Source: an uncultured Chthonomonadaceae bacterium
Lineage (GTDB): Bacteria; Armatimonadota; Chthonomonadetes; Chthonomonadales; Chthonomonadaceae
Length of the DNA stretch: 64,000 nucleotides
Direction of reading: 5' to 3'
Assembly (NCBI GenBank): GCA_963817895.1
Contig: CAWFQB010000005.1
Coordinates: 448,001-512,000 of the forward strand
Position numbers and translations under genes: made by a program. The notes below the pieces were generated by a model. The model was given only the letters and a program-made list of their open reading frames with translations, was not told the DNA's origin and ran no database searches. Below, piece after piece: positions 1 through 8,959 of this stretch. Numbering within the stretch: the first letter of the stretch is position 1; every line of letters begins with the position of its first letter.

Positions 1-716
1 AAGGCGGCTCCGGTTACGGCCATGCCGGTAAGGAGGGCGATGCTGCCGGGTTCAGGCACGGCGGCAACCGACGTTGCCTGGAATTCGCTGATGACGAAAT
101 TGCCGTTGTTGGGCTGTCGTCCGGGCCCTCCCGTGGGCAGGCCGTTCGCGGGATCATTGATCGCGTTTAAGAAGATGCCGGTAATCGGCGTTGCGGAGTC
201 CACGCCGGCCTCAATGGTGTAAACATCGGTGTTCGGAATGGCCCCGCCAACGAGGATATTGCCAGTTGTCGGGAACGTGAAGGTAGACCCATTCAGCGAA
301 CTTGCGCCATTGATTGTGAAGAGTGTTTCCGCGCTTGCCAGAGTTGGCGAGGCGTCGGTGGTATAGCCGAGGCTGAAATCGCCAAGCAGATGCTGCTGAT
401 CATAGTTTTGAGAGATCGTGAAGGTCAGAGATTGTGGCCCGGAAGCGAGCGCGTTTTGCAGCGTGAAAAGCGCGGATTCGCTTAATGTTTGATCGCCACC
501 GCCGTTGTTCCGATAGATTGCCCACCCGTTGAATCCTGAAAGGGTTCCATCAATCATTTCGGCGGGGTTCCAGTCCCGGTCAAATGTCTGATGGAACGTC
601 GCCTGAGCGCTGCTGAAAGTCACCGGGTCGGCCTGCGCCGCAACAGAGCCGACAATCAAACCGGTAATTACCAGTCCCGAGCAGATGAATGTTTTGAGTG
701 AAAAATATGGATTCAT
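1..716 (-). CDS. PEP-CTERM sorting-domain surface protein (3' end runs off the window)
   Basis: Not in the ORF track. Manual translation from ATG at 716 (RBS GGAGGGA): MNPYFSLKTFICSGLVITGLIVGSVAAQA (signal peptide) ... QATSVAAVPEPGSIALLTGMAVTGAA, open to the window edge. Confidence 0.9.
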   Translation of the reverse strand, partial: MNPYFSLKTFICSGLVITGLIVGSVAAQADPVTFSSAQATFHQTFDRDWNPAEMIDGTLSGFNGWAIYRNNGGGDQTLSESALFTLQNALASGPQSLTFTISQNYDQQHLLGDFSLGYTTDASPTLASAETLFTINGASSLNGSTFTFPTTGNILVGGAIPNTDVYTIEAGVDSATPITGIFLNAINDPANGLPTGGPGRQPNNGNFVISEFQATSVAAVPEPGSIALLTGMAVTGAA

Positions 717-787
717 GCAAATGTCCCTCCACGTTGAGACGGACGCGAACAGTATACGCGCAATTATTCCGTCCTTATTGTCATTAT

Positions 788-804
788 TGCAAAATTCATG
801 CCAA
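788..804 (-). promoter_or_regulatory. sigma-54 (-24/-12) promoter of the PEP-CTERM gene
   Basis: Minus strand TTGGCATGAATTTTGCA = GG-N10-GC, about 70 nt upstream of the ATG. Confidence 0.7.
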
Positions 805-880
805 ACTGCGCTTTTTTGCTATCCTAAATAAAAATTTTTGAAATAAATTTCTTTTGAGATAAAAAATATCTTGAATTCAA

Positions 881-916
881 AAAAGGCAGGATGAGTTTTA
901 ATTCATCCTGCCCTTT
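881..916 (-). terminator. intrinsic terminator after the beta-propeller gene
   Basis: GGCAGGATGA/TCATCCTGCC stem; the flanking A-run is a U-tract on the minus strand. Confidence 0.7.
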
Positions 917-951
917 CGTGTCGTTATGGCGTTCGCAAAGCGCGTTCGGAC

Positions 952-2292
952 TTAGAAGGTCACGACGCCGTGCGGATGGGCGGCGTCCGTCAGGTTCAGA
1001 TTGACCGCGCTACCCTGTTCCGTCACGGTTCCGTCGCTGTTCACTTTCAGGGTGTGCATGTAGTTGCCGCCGTGATACGTCGGGTCCGGGTTCATGCGGT
1101 GCGAAACCACGTACAGGTACTTCTCATCCGGGGTGAGCGACAGTTCCGCCGAGCCGCTGGAGGTGATTGTCAGAATATTGGGAATCGCCACATACGTCGC
1201 GCCGGCATTTTGCAATTGGAGATGCTGAACCTCGCGCGGAGCCAACGGATTGGACAGGTCGAACATGGAAATGCTGTCGTCGCCCGTATTGGAGGTGTAC
1301 ATGCGGCTTGCGCTTTTGTTGATTTTAATCCAGCAGTTCGCGACGCCAGCAGATGCAGCGAAGGAATTGAAGGTCATTGCGCCGCTGGAATCATACGGGT
1401 ACACGCCGACTTCATGGGTGAGGGGCGAGCAGGCATAAACGATGCGCTGCGTGGGATGTACCTGTACTCCCTGCACAACGCTGTATAACGGCGCAAACAT
1501 GTCAGGCGTGCCGGCGGGAACCGGCACGGGCGGAGTCAGCGCGGCCCCGTTCTGAGTGAGGCTGCCATCCGCATTGATCTTCCAGGAGCGCAGAGGGCCG
1601 GTAGTCGGCGTCGCGATAACGGCGAAGAAGTCGTTGGTGAACATCGTCTTGCCGTCGGGCGAGGCCAGAATCTGCGCGGCGGACGCGCCCGGATTGGCTG
1701 TCACGGTATCGCCCGGTATTTGCGTGAGCGCGCCGTCTGAGGCCACATTGAAGACCGTGTAGGTTGGCGAACCGCTGCCGCCCGCGCCCGACGCCACGTT
1801 CTTGTTGGCGCAGTACAGCTTGTTGTTCAGCAGCGCCAGTGAAACGGGGTTGACGCCCCCGGACGCAAAGGGCGAACCGGAGATGTGCGTGAGCGTCCCG
1901 TCTGTGTTGACCTTCATTACGGCAATGGTATTGCTGCCGCCATTGACCGCAAACAGCAGTTTATGATCCGAGGTGGTAATGATCTGCTGATCATTGTCGG
2001 GCGGGCCGATGGTTTCCGTAGGATTGGGCAATCCCTGCCCGCGCAGGTCGAACGGGCTGCCGGCAAGCGTGGTCAGATTGCCGCTGCTGTCGGCGCGGAA
2101 GGCGAGAATGGCATTCTGGCCCGGTTCGTTGGACTCGGTGTAAACGAGGCGGGTCGGTGTGGAGGTGCTGCTCTTGCCGCCGTCACACCCAAACAGACTC
2201 AGGGACAGGCCCACAGCGGCCAATCCGGTGAAAACAAGGCGGCGTCCATTTCTTTGCGCGGACATCTTTGTGCGCGTAGTTGCAAACTTCAT
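952..2292 (-). CDS. lactonase-family 7-bladed beta-propeller lipoprotein
   Basis: Lipobox-like SLSLFGC; repeated blades (GSPFASGGVNPVSLAL, SPDGKTMF, TPDEKYLYV). Start codon uncertain. Confidence 0.8.
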   Translation of the reverse strand: MKFATTRTKMSAQRNGRRLVFTGLAAVGLSLSLFGCDGGKSSTSTPTRLVYTESNEPGQNAILAFRADSSGNLTTLAGSPFDLRGQGLPNPTETIGPPDNDQQIITTSDHKLLFAVNGGSNTIAVMKVNTDGTLTHISGSPFASGGVNPVSLALLNNKLYCANKNVASGAGGSGSPTYTVFNVASDGALTQIPGDTVTANPGASAAQILASPDGKTMFTNDFFAVIATPTTGPLRSWKINADGSLTQNGAALTPPVPVPAGTPDMFAPLYSVVQGVQVHPTQRIVYACSPLTHEVGVYPYDSSGAMTFNSFAASAGVANCWIKINKSASRMYTSNTGDDSISMFDLSNPLAPREVQHLQLQNAGATYVAIPNILTITSSGSAELSLTPDEKYLYVVSHRMNPDPTYHGGNYMHTLKVNSDGTVTEQGSAVNLNLTDAAHPHGVVTF

Positions 2293-2500
2293 TTCTACAT
2301 GTTCTCCTGTCAAACGTTTACCCCTGATTTTCATGGCATCAGGCGGTTTACTGCGCGGAATTGTCAACAACGATGTTGATGTTGACATGCAGGCGAAGTA
2401 TTCGTTCTGCATGCCTGTTATTCCTGCGTGGTCAACAGACAAAATAGAGCAAAAGTTCACACGAGGAACAAAAAACTTTCAGAACGCAGGTTTTTTCAAC

Positions 2501-2542
2501 AAAAACTCCCTTTTTCCAGACGGATGCTGGAAAAAGGGAGTT
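2501..2542 (-). terminator. intrinsic terminator after the DUF4142 gene
   Basis: 16-bp stem AACTCCCTTTTTCCAG/CTGGAAAAAGGGAGTT followed by a T-run on the minus strand. Confidence 0.75.
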
Positions 2543-2620
2543 CAATTATGCGAGTGAAGGGATAAGGTTGAAGGAATGTGTTGAGAAAGCGGGAGAATCA
2601 AAACCACCCGCTATCATTCT

Positions 2621-3220
2621 CTACTTGCTCATCTTATCCATTTTGTCCATTTTGCCCATAGACTTCATCGCCTTCATGTCCGTAATCATCTTGTCGTGTT
2701 CCTGAATGGCGGGCAGGTATTTCTGCGCATAGGCTTTCACGTCGGCGTCCTTGCCGCTGCTGATCTCTTTCTGGAATGCCGCGATAGTCTTATCGTGGCC
2801 TGTTTTCTGTACTTTGGAGTAGCTGGCGTCGAACGCCGCGCCATTGAGCGTCATCAGTTTGGCAAGCGCAGCCTTGTTATCCGGGCTGGTGTCACCCTTC
2901 AGTTTCACGCTTTTGCTGGCAGCGAGTTGTTTCAACTCGTCCTCCGCCGTTTTATGGTCATCAATCATCTTCTGACCGAAATCTTTGAGCGGCTGTTTGG
3001 TAGCCTTCTTCAATGCCACTTCGCTGGTCTTGATCTCGGCGATATTAGAGTATTCCGCCATCTGCATGAACATTTTGTCCTGCGCGCTGACCATACCCAT
3101 TTTACCCATCTTGTCACCCTTGCCCATTTTGTCCATTTTATCCTGGGCAATCGCAAGGCCACTTAGGGTCGTAAGCGCAACGGCGGTCAAAATCAGTGTG
3201 GGCTTCACGGCATACTTCAT
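2621..3220 (-). CDS. DUF4142 (ferritin-like) secreted protein with Met/Lys-rich termini
   Basis: Signal peptide; DKMFMQMA...AEIKTSEVAL...FGQKMIDDH...FDASY...H...LPAIQEH pattern. Confidence 0.85.
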   Translation of the reverse strand: MKYAVKPTLILTAVALTTLSGLAIAQDKMDKMGKGDKMGKMGMVSAQDKMFMQMAEYSNIAEIKTSEVALKKATKQPLKDFGQKMIDDHKTAEDELKQLAASKSVKLKGDTSPDNKAALAKLMTLNGAAFDASYSKVQKTGHDKTIAAFQKEISSGKDADVKAYAQKYLPAIQEHDKMITDMKAMKSMGKMDKMDKMSK

Positions 3221-3326
3221 TGTGTAAACTCCTTGGAAATCTGTCGAACTCGCAAACATTTCTGCTGAAAAACAAATGGGCATTGCAGCCGACAAGTGTT
3301 TTTTCTGAAGACGGCGGCGTTAGTAA

Positions 3327-3352
3327 AACGGAACGCGCGGGGAAAGTGTTCC
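3327..3352 (-). promoter_or_regulatory. ECF-type promoter GGAAC-N17-CGTT
   Basis: Minus strand GGAAC actttccccgcgcgttc CGTT, upstream of the DUF4142 gene. Confidence 0.45.
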
Positions 3353-3418
3353 CGAAAAATTTAATATACAGGTGTTCAAGTGTTCAGGTATTTGAAAAGT
3401 GAGCAAAGTACGATGGAA

Positions 3419-3446
3419 ACAGGATAAAACTCCACAAAAGTAGAAT
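3419..3446 (+). promoter_or_regulatory. SigH-like promoter
   Basis: ACAGGATAA-N12-GTAGAAT, 50 nt before ATG 3497. Confidence 0.6.
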
Positions 3447-3496
3447 AACAGCAGCAGAGAAAAGCCTGAACAATTGTTTTACAGGAGCAAACGATC

Positions 3497-4333
3497 ATGG
3501 ATACGACATTGCAGCCGACGACGGCAATGCAGCCTATGGTGACGCTGACACAGGAGCAGATTGACTTTTACCATCGGGAGGGCTATCTGACTCTGGAAGC
3601 GATTACCACGCCCGAAGAGGTAGCGTGGCTGCGCGACATATACGACCGTCTGTTTGCCAGTCGCGCCGGACGCGAAGAGGGCAATCAGTTCGATCTGGGC
3701 GGCACGGATGAGGAGGGTAAGGAGGCTACTCTGCCGCAGATTTTGAACCCGGCCAAGTACGCGCCCGAACTAAAGAACGGGCAGTTTCGCGTGAACGCCC
3801 TGCATGTCGCGCGGCAACTGCTCGGCCCGGACGCGCAGGCAATGGGCGAACACGCCATTTTCAAGCCCGCCCGCATTGGAGCCGCTACGCCCTGGCATCA
3901 GGATGAAGCGTACTGGAACCCCAACATGCGCTACAATTCGTTCAGCCTGTGGATACCGCTTCAGCCGGCCACACCGGAAAACGGCTGTATGCAGTTCGTT
4001 CCGGGCAGCCACCGCTCGGACATTCTGCCGCATCACAGCATCAACCATGATGTAAGGATTCACGGCCTGGAATTAGATGAGGTGGATACGAGCTGCAGCG
4101 CAGCCGTCGCCAATGCCGTTCCCTGCCCGCTGCCTCCGGGCGGCTGCACTATCCACCACAACCGAACCCTGCACTACGCCGGCCCCAACATTTCCGACAT
4201 TCCCCGCCGCGCCTACATCCTGGGTTTCGGCCTGCCGCCCACGCCACACGAGGAACCCCGCGCCTTCCCCTGGAACGACAGCAAGCAGACTCCACGCGCC
4301 GAGCGCGCAAAGCAGGCGGAGAAAGAGAAATAG
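3497..4333 (+). CDS. phytanoyl-CoA dioxygenase (PhyH)-family Fe/2-oxoglutarate dioxygenase
   Basis: TPWHQD, WIPL..AT.ENGCMQFVPGSH, TLHYAGPN....RR motifs; RBS AGGAG. Confidence 0.9.
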   Translation: MDTTLQPTTAMQPMVTLTQEQIDFYHREGYLTLEAITTPEEVAWLRDIYDRLFASRAGREEGNQFDLGGTDEEGKEATLPQILNPAKYAPELKNGQFRVNALHVARQLLGPDAQAMGEHAIFKPARIGAATPWHQDEAYWNPNMRYNSFSLWIPLQPATPENGCMQFVPGSHRSDILPHHSINHDVRIHGLELDEVDTSCSAAVANAVPCPLPPGGCTIHHNRTLHYAGPNISDIPRRAYILGFGLPPTPHEEPRAFPWNDSKQTPRAERAKQAEKEK

Positions 4334-4353
4334 CCCCCCGCGGCTCCGCCTAT

Positions 4354-4442
4354 CCCCGGCCCCTTCTCCCAAAAAAGCCTGGGAGAAGGGGAGTCACCAA
4401 TTATCAGAATGTACGGCGAACGGAGTTCATCAGGCTAATCCA
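4354..4442. repeat. ~90-bp dispersed palindromic repeat, copy 1
   Basis: CCCCGGCCCCTTCTCCCAA.AAAGCCTGGGAGAAGGGGAGTC...GCGAACGGAGTTCAT.AGG.TAAT.CA; second copy at ~58730-58819. Confidence 0.85.
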
Positions 4443-4481
4443 TAAAACCTAAAACCATAGAACCTTAAAACCATAACCCCC
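4441..4481. repeat. degenerate heptamer tandem array (AAACCAT/AAACCTT)
   Basis: cataaaacctaaaaccatagaaccttaaaaccataacccc. Confidence 0.6.
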
Positions 4482-5677
4482 TACTCGTGATGCTGTTTTT
4501 CCAGAGGCTCGCCGCCCTGATCTATAACGTTTGTCCACGCCTGAATCAAGCGCTGATAAGCGCGTCCAACCGGGCGCAGTTTGCGGTCTAAATCGTACAG
4601 GCCCACTTTGTACACGCGGTTGTTCTCCTGCGTCAGGCCGGTATCCCAATCCATCTGGTCGGTCAGGCTGTACCAGGTGAAGCCGACAATGGGGATGCGG
4701 TCATCGCGCAATCGAATCATGCTGGACCACTCTTTCCATAGCCACGTTACGGCCTGATCGGTAACGGCGTTGGTTTCGGTGTGCATCACGGGCAGATTGT
4801 AGCGGTCATAATACTGCTTGGTGATGACGTAGTAGCCCAAAATCTCGCCGGACGGGACCCACTCATCCTCGCGCGTCATGAGATGCTCGTTCCACTGGTA
4901 GTAGTCGTTGCCCATTACGCAGTTGCGTGGCTGTTTGCGGTTCATAAACAGCTCGTAATCCTGTTTGGGAAAGCCGTGCGCCAGCAGGTGTTCGTAGATG
5001 GAAACGCGGGCGTCGTGTCCGTAAGTGAAATCGAGGGGCAGAAAGCGGATACGATTCCAGAAGCGGGCGGCTTCGATCATGTCGGGGTGAGCGGGATGCC
5101 AGTATTCGCTGCTTTCGCTCTGAATAAAGATGGGGTCGCGGATGTGTTGGCAGATCACGTCCATCGCCAGCACGTTCATCATACACATGTGGCGCATCGC
5201 CGTGAGAAATGGGCCATGCCCGCGTTCGCGCTCGTTCCACATTCCGAGCCAGCCGCTGAACAGGGACGCGACAAAAATCTCATTTACGGGCGTCCAGTAG
5301 CGCACCCAGGGGTAGCGTTTGGCGCAGGCTTCGGCGTACTCCACGAAGTAGCGGGGCAGGTCGGGATTCTGGAAGTTGCCCATCCAGTCGGGAACTCCAA
5401 AGTGGCACAGGTCGAGAATGGGTACGATGTCAAGCCGCCGCATTTCCGCCATTGCCGCGTCCGTCCATTCCCAGTCGTACCGTCCCGGCCCGAGCCAGAC
5501 TTTGTGCAGGGGCGGCCCCCAGCGCAGATAGCGGATGCCCATTTCGCGGGTCAGGGCAAAATCTTCCTGAAAGCGGTCATAGTGGCCGCATTTCTCCATC
5601 TGGTCAATGCGTTTCCCGTCCGCGATGGTCGGGTAGCTGTTCTCAATGCCTGTGGAAAACAGAAAGGGGGCTGTCAT
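4481..5677 (-). CDS. glycoside hydrolase family 1-like protein (beta-glucosidase)
   Basis: TGIENSYP, HYDRFQEDF, DLCHFGVPDW, WTPVNE (acid/base), MHTETN (nucleophile), GFTWYSLTDQMDW. Confidence 0.85.
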   Translation of the reverse strand: MTAPFLFSTGIENSYPTIADGKRIDQMEKCGHYDRFQEDFALTREMGIRYLRWGPPLHKVWLGPGRYDWEWTDAAMAEMRRLDIVPILDLCHFGVPDWMGNFQNPDLPRYFVEYAEACAKRYPWVRYWTPVNEIFVASLFSGWLGMWNERERGHGPFLTAMRHMCMMNVLAMDVICQHIRDPIFIQSESSEYWHPAHPDMIEAARFWNRIRFLPLDFTYGHDARVSIYEHLLAHGFPKQDYELFMNRKQPRNCVMGNDYYQWNEHLMTREDEWVPSGEILGYYVITKQYYDRYNLPVMHTETNAVTDQAVTWLWKEWSSMIRLRDDRIPIVGFTWYSLTDQMDWDTGLTQENNRVYKVGLYDLDRKLRPVGRAYQRLIQAWTNVIDQGGEPLEKQHHE

Positions 5678-5733
5678 GGCGTCCTCGGCGTGAATGGAAT
5701 GTCCGGCGCGCATACTTGCGCGTGAAACCCCCA

Positions 5734-5761
5734 CTTCCCCACCATGAACATGAAATCCTTC
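5734..5761 (-). promoter_or_regulatory. SigH-like promoter
   Basis: GAAGGATTT-N12-GGGGAAG on the minus strand, 56 nt before ATG 5677. Confidence 0.45.
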
Positions 5762-5928
5762 TCATTTTCAACGGGAATTACTGATTTCAGAGTTCGATTA
5801 TAAAACTGCTTTCGTTACTCATCAAAAGCGACGGAAGTTCCGAATTTTCGTTGCAGCAAAAAGACGCGGGGAGAATCGGTTTTACGCGACAATCCCTGCG
5901 TCTTCTTTATGATTGTTCCTGTTGCGCT

Positions 5929-6117
5929 TCACGCGGCGATATTCACCCGATGGCCCGCGTCTTTGGTCAGGGCGACGCGGTTGGCGGCTTCCTGTGGCTT
6001 TACGTGAGTTTTCACGGCAGCGGTGGCCGGGACGCGAGGGGCAGCCGGTTTCTGTTTTGCCACGCGATTAACAGCAGGTACGTGAGTGATGCGTCTTGGT
6101 GTCGTGTCGATGTTCAT
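5929..6117 (-). CDS. small basic protein (62 aa), probably of the sigma-28 regulon
   Basis: RBS AAGGAG; MNIDTTPRR...KDAGHRVNIAA; downstream hairpin ~5857-5905. Confidence 0.65.
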   Translation of the reverse strand: MNIDTTPRRITHVPAVNRVAKQKPAAPRVPATAAVKTHVKPQEAANRVALTKDAGHRVNIAA

Positions 6118-6161
6118 AAGTGAACTCCTTTCCCTCTGAAAGGCTCCGACACGCAACCATG

Positions 6162-6188
6162 TTATCGGCAAGCATCGCGCTCTCCTTA
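6162..6188 (-). promoter_or_regulatory. sigma-28 (FliA) promoter
   Basis: TAAG-N15-GCCGATAA on the minus strand (consensus TAAA-N15-GCCGATAA). Confidence 0.75.
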
Positions 6189-6208
6189 ACCGGTAAAGTT
6201 GCGGAAAA

Positions 6209-6285
6209 AGGGAGTAGGTTGTAGGGAGTAGGGGAAGCCTTGTTCAACTTGCGTATTGTCCTACTCCCTACAACCTACCCCCTAC
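6209..6285. repeat. inverted heptamer array (GGGAGTA...TACTCCC)
   Basis: agggagtaggttgtagggagtagg, a ~25-nt spacer, then cctactccctacaacctaccccct. Confidence 0.85.
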
Positions 6286-7586
6286 ATCCTGCCAAACAAA
6301 TCGCCTTCAGGCCACGTTTTCACTTTTCCGGCGGCGACGTGCAGAGCGCCGTCTATTTCGCCGTCCGAGGGCATATTGCCCGTAGAGCGCTGATTGAACA
6401 GAGCGGCCCACGCGAGGCCGTCCCACCGGCGAATCAGCCATGTGCTTGTGCCGGGAAGACTGCCGGTATGCCAGATATTGCGCTTTGCCTGCGCCCCGTT
6501 TTCGACTTCGCGCGCCTGCCAGCCACAGCCGTAATAGACCGGGTTTGTTCCGGCGTCGGCATCCTGTAGCGCGTCAGGACGGGCGTACATGGCGCGGACG
6601 CTTTCGGGTGTCATCAGCGGTCTGCCCTGTGGAAAGTCTAAACCTCCTGCAAACCGCGCCAGATCAACCGCCGAGGCCAGCCAGCCGCCGTGCGCGTCCA
6701 TCGCCTCGATGTTGAACCCGCCATAGCACCACGACACCTGTTCACCATTGGATTCAGGGAAAATGGAAGCGGTTTCCTCCCCCGGCTGATAATAGCAGAC
6801 CTCGTTTTCGCGCCGATTCTTGCGCAGTGAACGCCCCAACGCCATGCGCTGAATGTGCAGGGGCGCGAGAACCGATTGCTGTACGTAGGTTCCATACGGC
6901 AATCCTGTCACTTTCTCAATCACGCGGCCCAACACGCAGTAGCCAAAGTTGGAGTAGGCGTAATGTGTTCCCGGATCGGTATCCAGCGGCTTGCCGAGCG
7001 TCCAGCGGATGATGGCGTGGGCGTCGGCGGGCGCGGGTGTGCCGAGGGCATGGGCGATTTCCAGCGGCCTGAACATCGGGTCGCCGGACTTGTCGCGATC
7101 CCAACCGGCCGTATGCTGCAGCAGTTGCCGAATGGTGATGAATTCAAGGCGCGGGTCGAGTTTTGCGCCGGGTTCCAGATGCGGGGCCAGTCCGAGCAGG
7201 GGAAACGCGCGAGTATCCAGCGTCAGTTTGTAGCGCGGGTTCTGTATCAGCGTGAATATTGCCACAGCGGTGAACGGCTTGGAAATGCTGGCGATGCGGA
7301 ACAGCGAACCCGGCTGAACGCGCTGCCCGGTCGCTTTATCCGCCACGCCATAACCCCGCGCATACACTAATCGCCCGTCCTTCACGACGGCAAGCGAACC
7401 ACCCGGCACATTGCGCTTCTGCATAAAGGCGGTCATGGTATCATCGAAACTTTGCAGGTCGGGATTGAAAACGCCCGTTGTAGGAAGCGCGTCGCCCCAT
7501 GGCGCGGCTTCGGAACCCTCGGTCATAGCCTGAACTCCCAATGTAGATAGCACAGTAGTCTGCAGCAGTTGTCGGCGTGTCAGCAT
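6282..7586 (-). CDS. Tat-exported serine hydrolase (class C beta-lactamase-like family)
   Basis: TRRQLL Tat motif; FRIASISKPF (SxxK), YAYSNFGY (YxN), WHTGSLPG. Confidence 0.9.
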   Translation of the reverse strand: MLTRRQLLQTTVLSTLGVQAMTEGSEAAPWGDALPTTGVFNPDLQSFDDTMTAFMQKRNVPGGSLAVVKDGRLVYARGYGVADKATGQRVQPGSLFRIASISKPFTAVAIFTLIQNPRYKLTLDTRAFPLLGLAPHLEPGAKLDPRLEFITIRQLLQHTAGWDRDKSGDPMFRPLEIAHALGTPAPADAHAIIRWTLGKPLDTDPGTHYAYSNFGYCVLGRVIEKVTGLPYGTYVQQSVLAPLHIQRMALGRSLRKNRRENEVCYYQPGEETASIFPESNGEQVSWCYGGFNIEAMDAHGGWLASAVDLARFAGGLDFPQGRPLMTPESVRAMYARPDALQDADAGTNPVYYGCGWQAREVENGAQAKRNIWHTGSLPGTSTWLIRRWDGLAWAALFNQRSTGNMPSDGEIDGALHVAAGKVKTWPEGDLFGRM

Positions 7587-7628
7587 GTTTCTTCTTTCTT
7601 TCAGGATTGTTCTGTTTGATTATGCCTG

Positions 7629-7656
7629 TTTCGCCATTGTCCGTGACGCTTCCTGC
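7629..7656 (-). promoter_or_regulatory. SigH-like promoter
   Basis: GCAGGAAGC-N12-GGCGAAA on the minus strand, 42 nt before ATG 7586. Confidence 0.5.
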
Positions 7657-7715
7657 CTTGCTTTGGACGTATGCACTGTTGAACACACTATACAAAAGGA
7701 GTTCTGCCCCTTCCT

Positions 7716-8765
7716 ATGACAGACAGCACCGAACTGATTCGTGAACTGATTGCGCTTGTTGGCCCGCCCGGCGAAGAAAAAGCCGTTGCCGCGTGGGTGA
7801 CGCAGAAACTTACGGAGTTGGGTTACGCGCCCGAAACCGACGCCAAAGGCAATGTTCTTGCCCGCTTACAGGGGCGGCAGGATGGCCCGAACGTGCTTGT
7901 CACCGCGCACATGGACGAGATCGCCACGATGATTACCCACATCGAGGAGGACGGCAAAATCCGAATCGCGGCGTATGGCGGCTCGTACCCGTGGAAATGG
8001 GGCGAGGGCGCATTGGATATACTGACCCGTGAGGGAACCGTGACGGGCATTTTATCGTTCGGCGGCATTCACACCAATAACGAGAAAAGCGTGGCCGAAT
8101 ACGCCCGCCACAATCCGCTGACATGGGATCGCGCCTACGTTTTTACCGGCCTGAACCGGGCGGAACTGGAAGCGCGGGGCGTTCGGGTCGGGCTGCGTGT
8201 CGTCCTTTCCCCTTCCCGGCGCGGCCTGACCGAGTTCGGCGCGTTCATAGCCGGGTATTTTCTGGATGACCGGGCGGATATTGCCGTGATGCTGCTGGCG
8301 CTGGAGATGCTGAAATCACAGCCCGACGGCGAAAACGCGCGATACGGGCAGATAACCTTTGCGGCTACCGCGTCTGAAGAAGTAGGCGGCGAGGGCGCGT
8401 TGTGGATTATGAACCAGAAGCCGCCCGACATCTGCATCGCGCTGGAAATCGGCCCGAAAACTGTAGACGCGGATTTCCCCATTGACGCGCAGCCCACGCT
8501 CTGGGTACGCGACGCATACGCCGCTATGGACGCGCATGACGGCGACCTGCTGACAGACTGTTGCCGCGAATTAGGACAGACTCCCCACTGGCAATACCTG
8601 TCTCGTGGGGGAAGCGATGCAAGCTGCGCGGCGGCGAAAGGTCTGTGCGCCCGTCCCGTCACGCTCGGCCTGCCCGTTGAAAACTCGCATGGCTATGAAA
8701 TTATGCATCGCGACGCCCCGAATGAACTCGCCCGCCTGCTGCTTGCCTACTTGAAAGCGATTTAA
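7716..8765 (+). CDS. M42/M20-family metallo-aminopeptidase
   Basis: AHMDEI, LDDRA, SEEVG, ALEIG, GGSDA, NSHGYE motifs. Confidence 0.9.
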   Translation: MTDSTELIRELIALVGPPGEEKAVAAWVTQKLTELGYAPETDAKGNVLARLQGRQDGPNVLVTAHMDEIATMITHIEEDGKIRIAAYGGSYPWKWGEGALDILTREGTVTGILSFGGIHTNNEKSVAEYARHNPLTWDRAYVFTGLNRAELEARGVRVGLRVVLSPSRRGLTEFGAFIAGYFLDDRADIAVMLLALEMLKSQPDGENARYGQITFAATASEEVGGEGALWIMNQKPPDICIALEIGPKTVDADFPIDAQPTLWVRDAYAAMDAHDGDLLTDCCRELGQTPHWQYLSRGGSDASCAAAKGLCARPVTLGLPVENSHGYEIMHRDAPNELARLLLAYLKAI

Positions 8766-8781
8766 CAGGAGAGACAGAAGA

Positions 8782-8950
8782 AATAGACAGGATTAACAGG
8801 ATTTTCAGGATTAAACAGGATTAAAATCACGAAAAGAGGTTATTCACATTGCGTAACCACGTTTGTAAATCGTGTTGACAGAACAGCCTCTTCATCTTGC
8901 ATCCGAACTAATCCTGTTTAATCCTGAAAATCCTGTTAATCCTGTCTATT
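8782..8950. repeat. MITE-like element with perfect 42-bp inverted repeats built of CAGGATT(A/T)(A/T) ~9-mers
   Basis: 8782-8823 is the exact reverse complement of 8909-8950; 85-bp spacer. Confidence 0.9.
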
Positions 8951-8959
8951 GTATCCATC

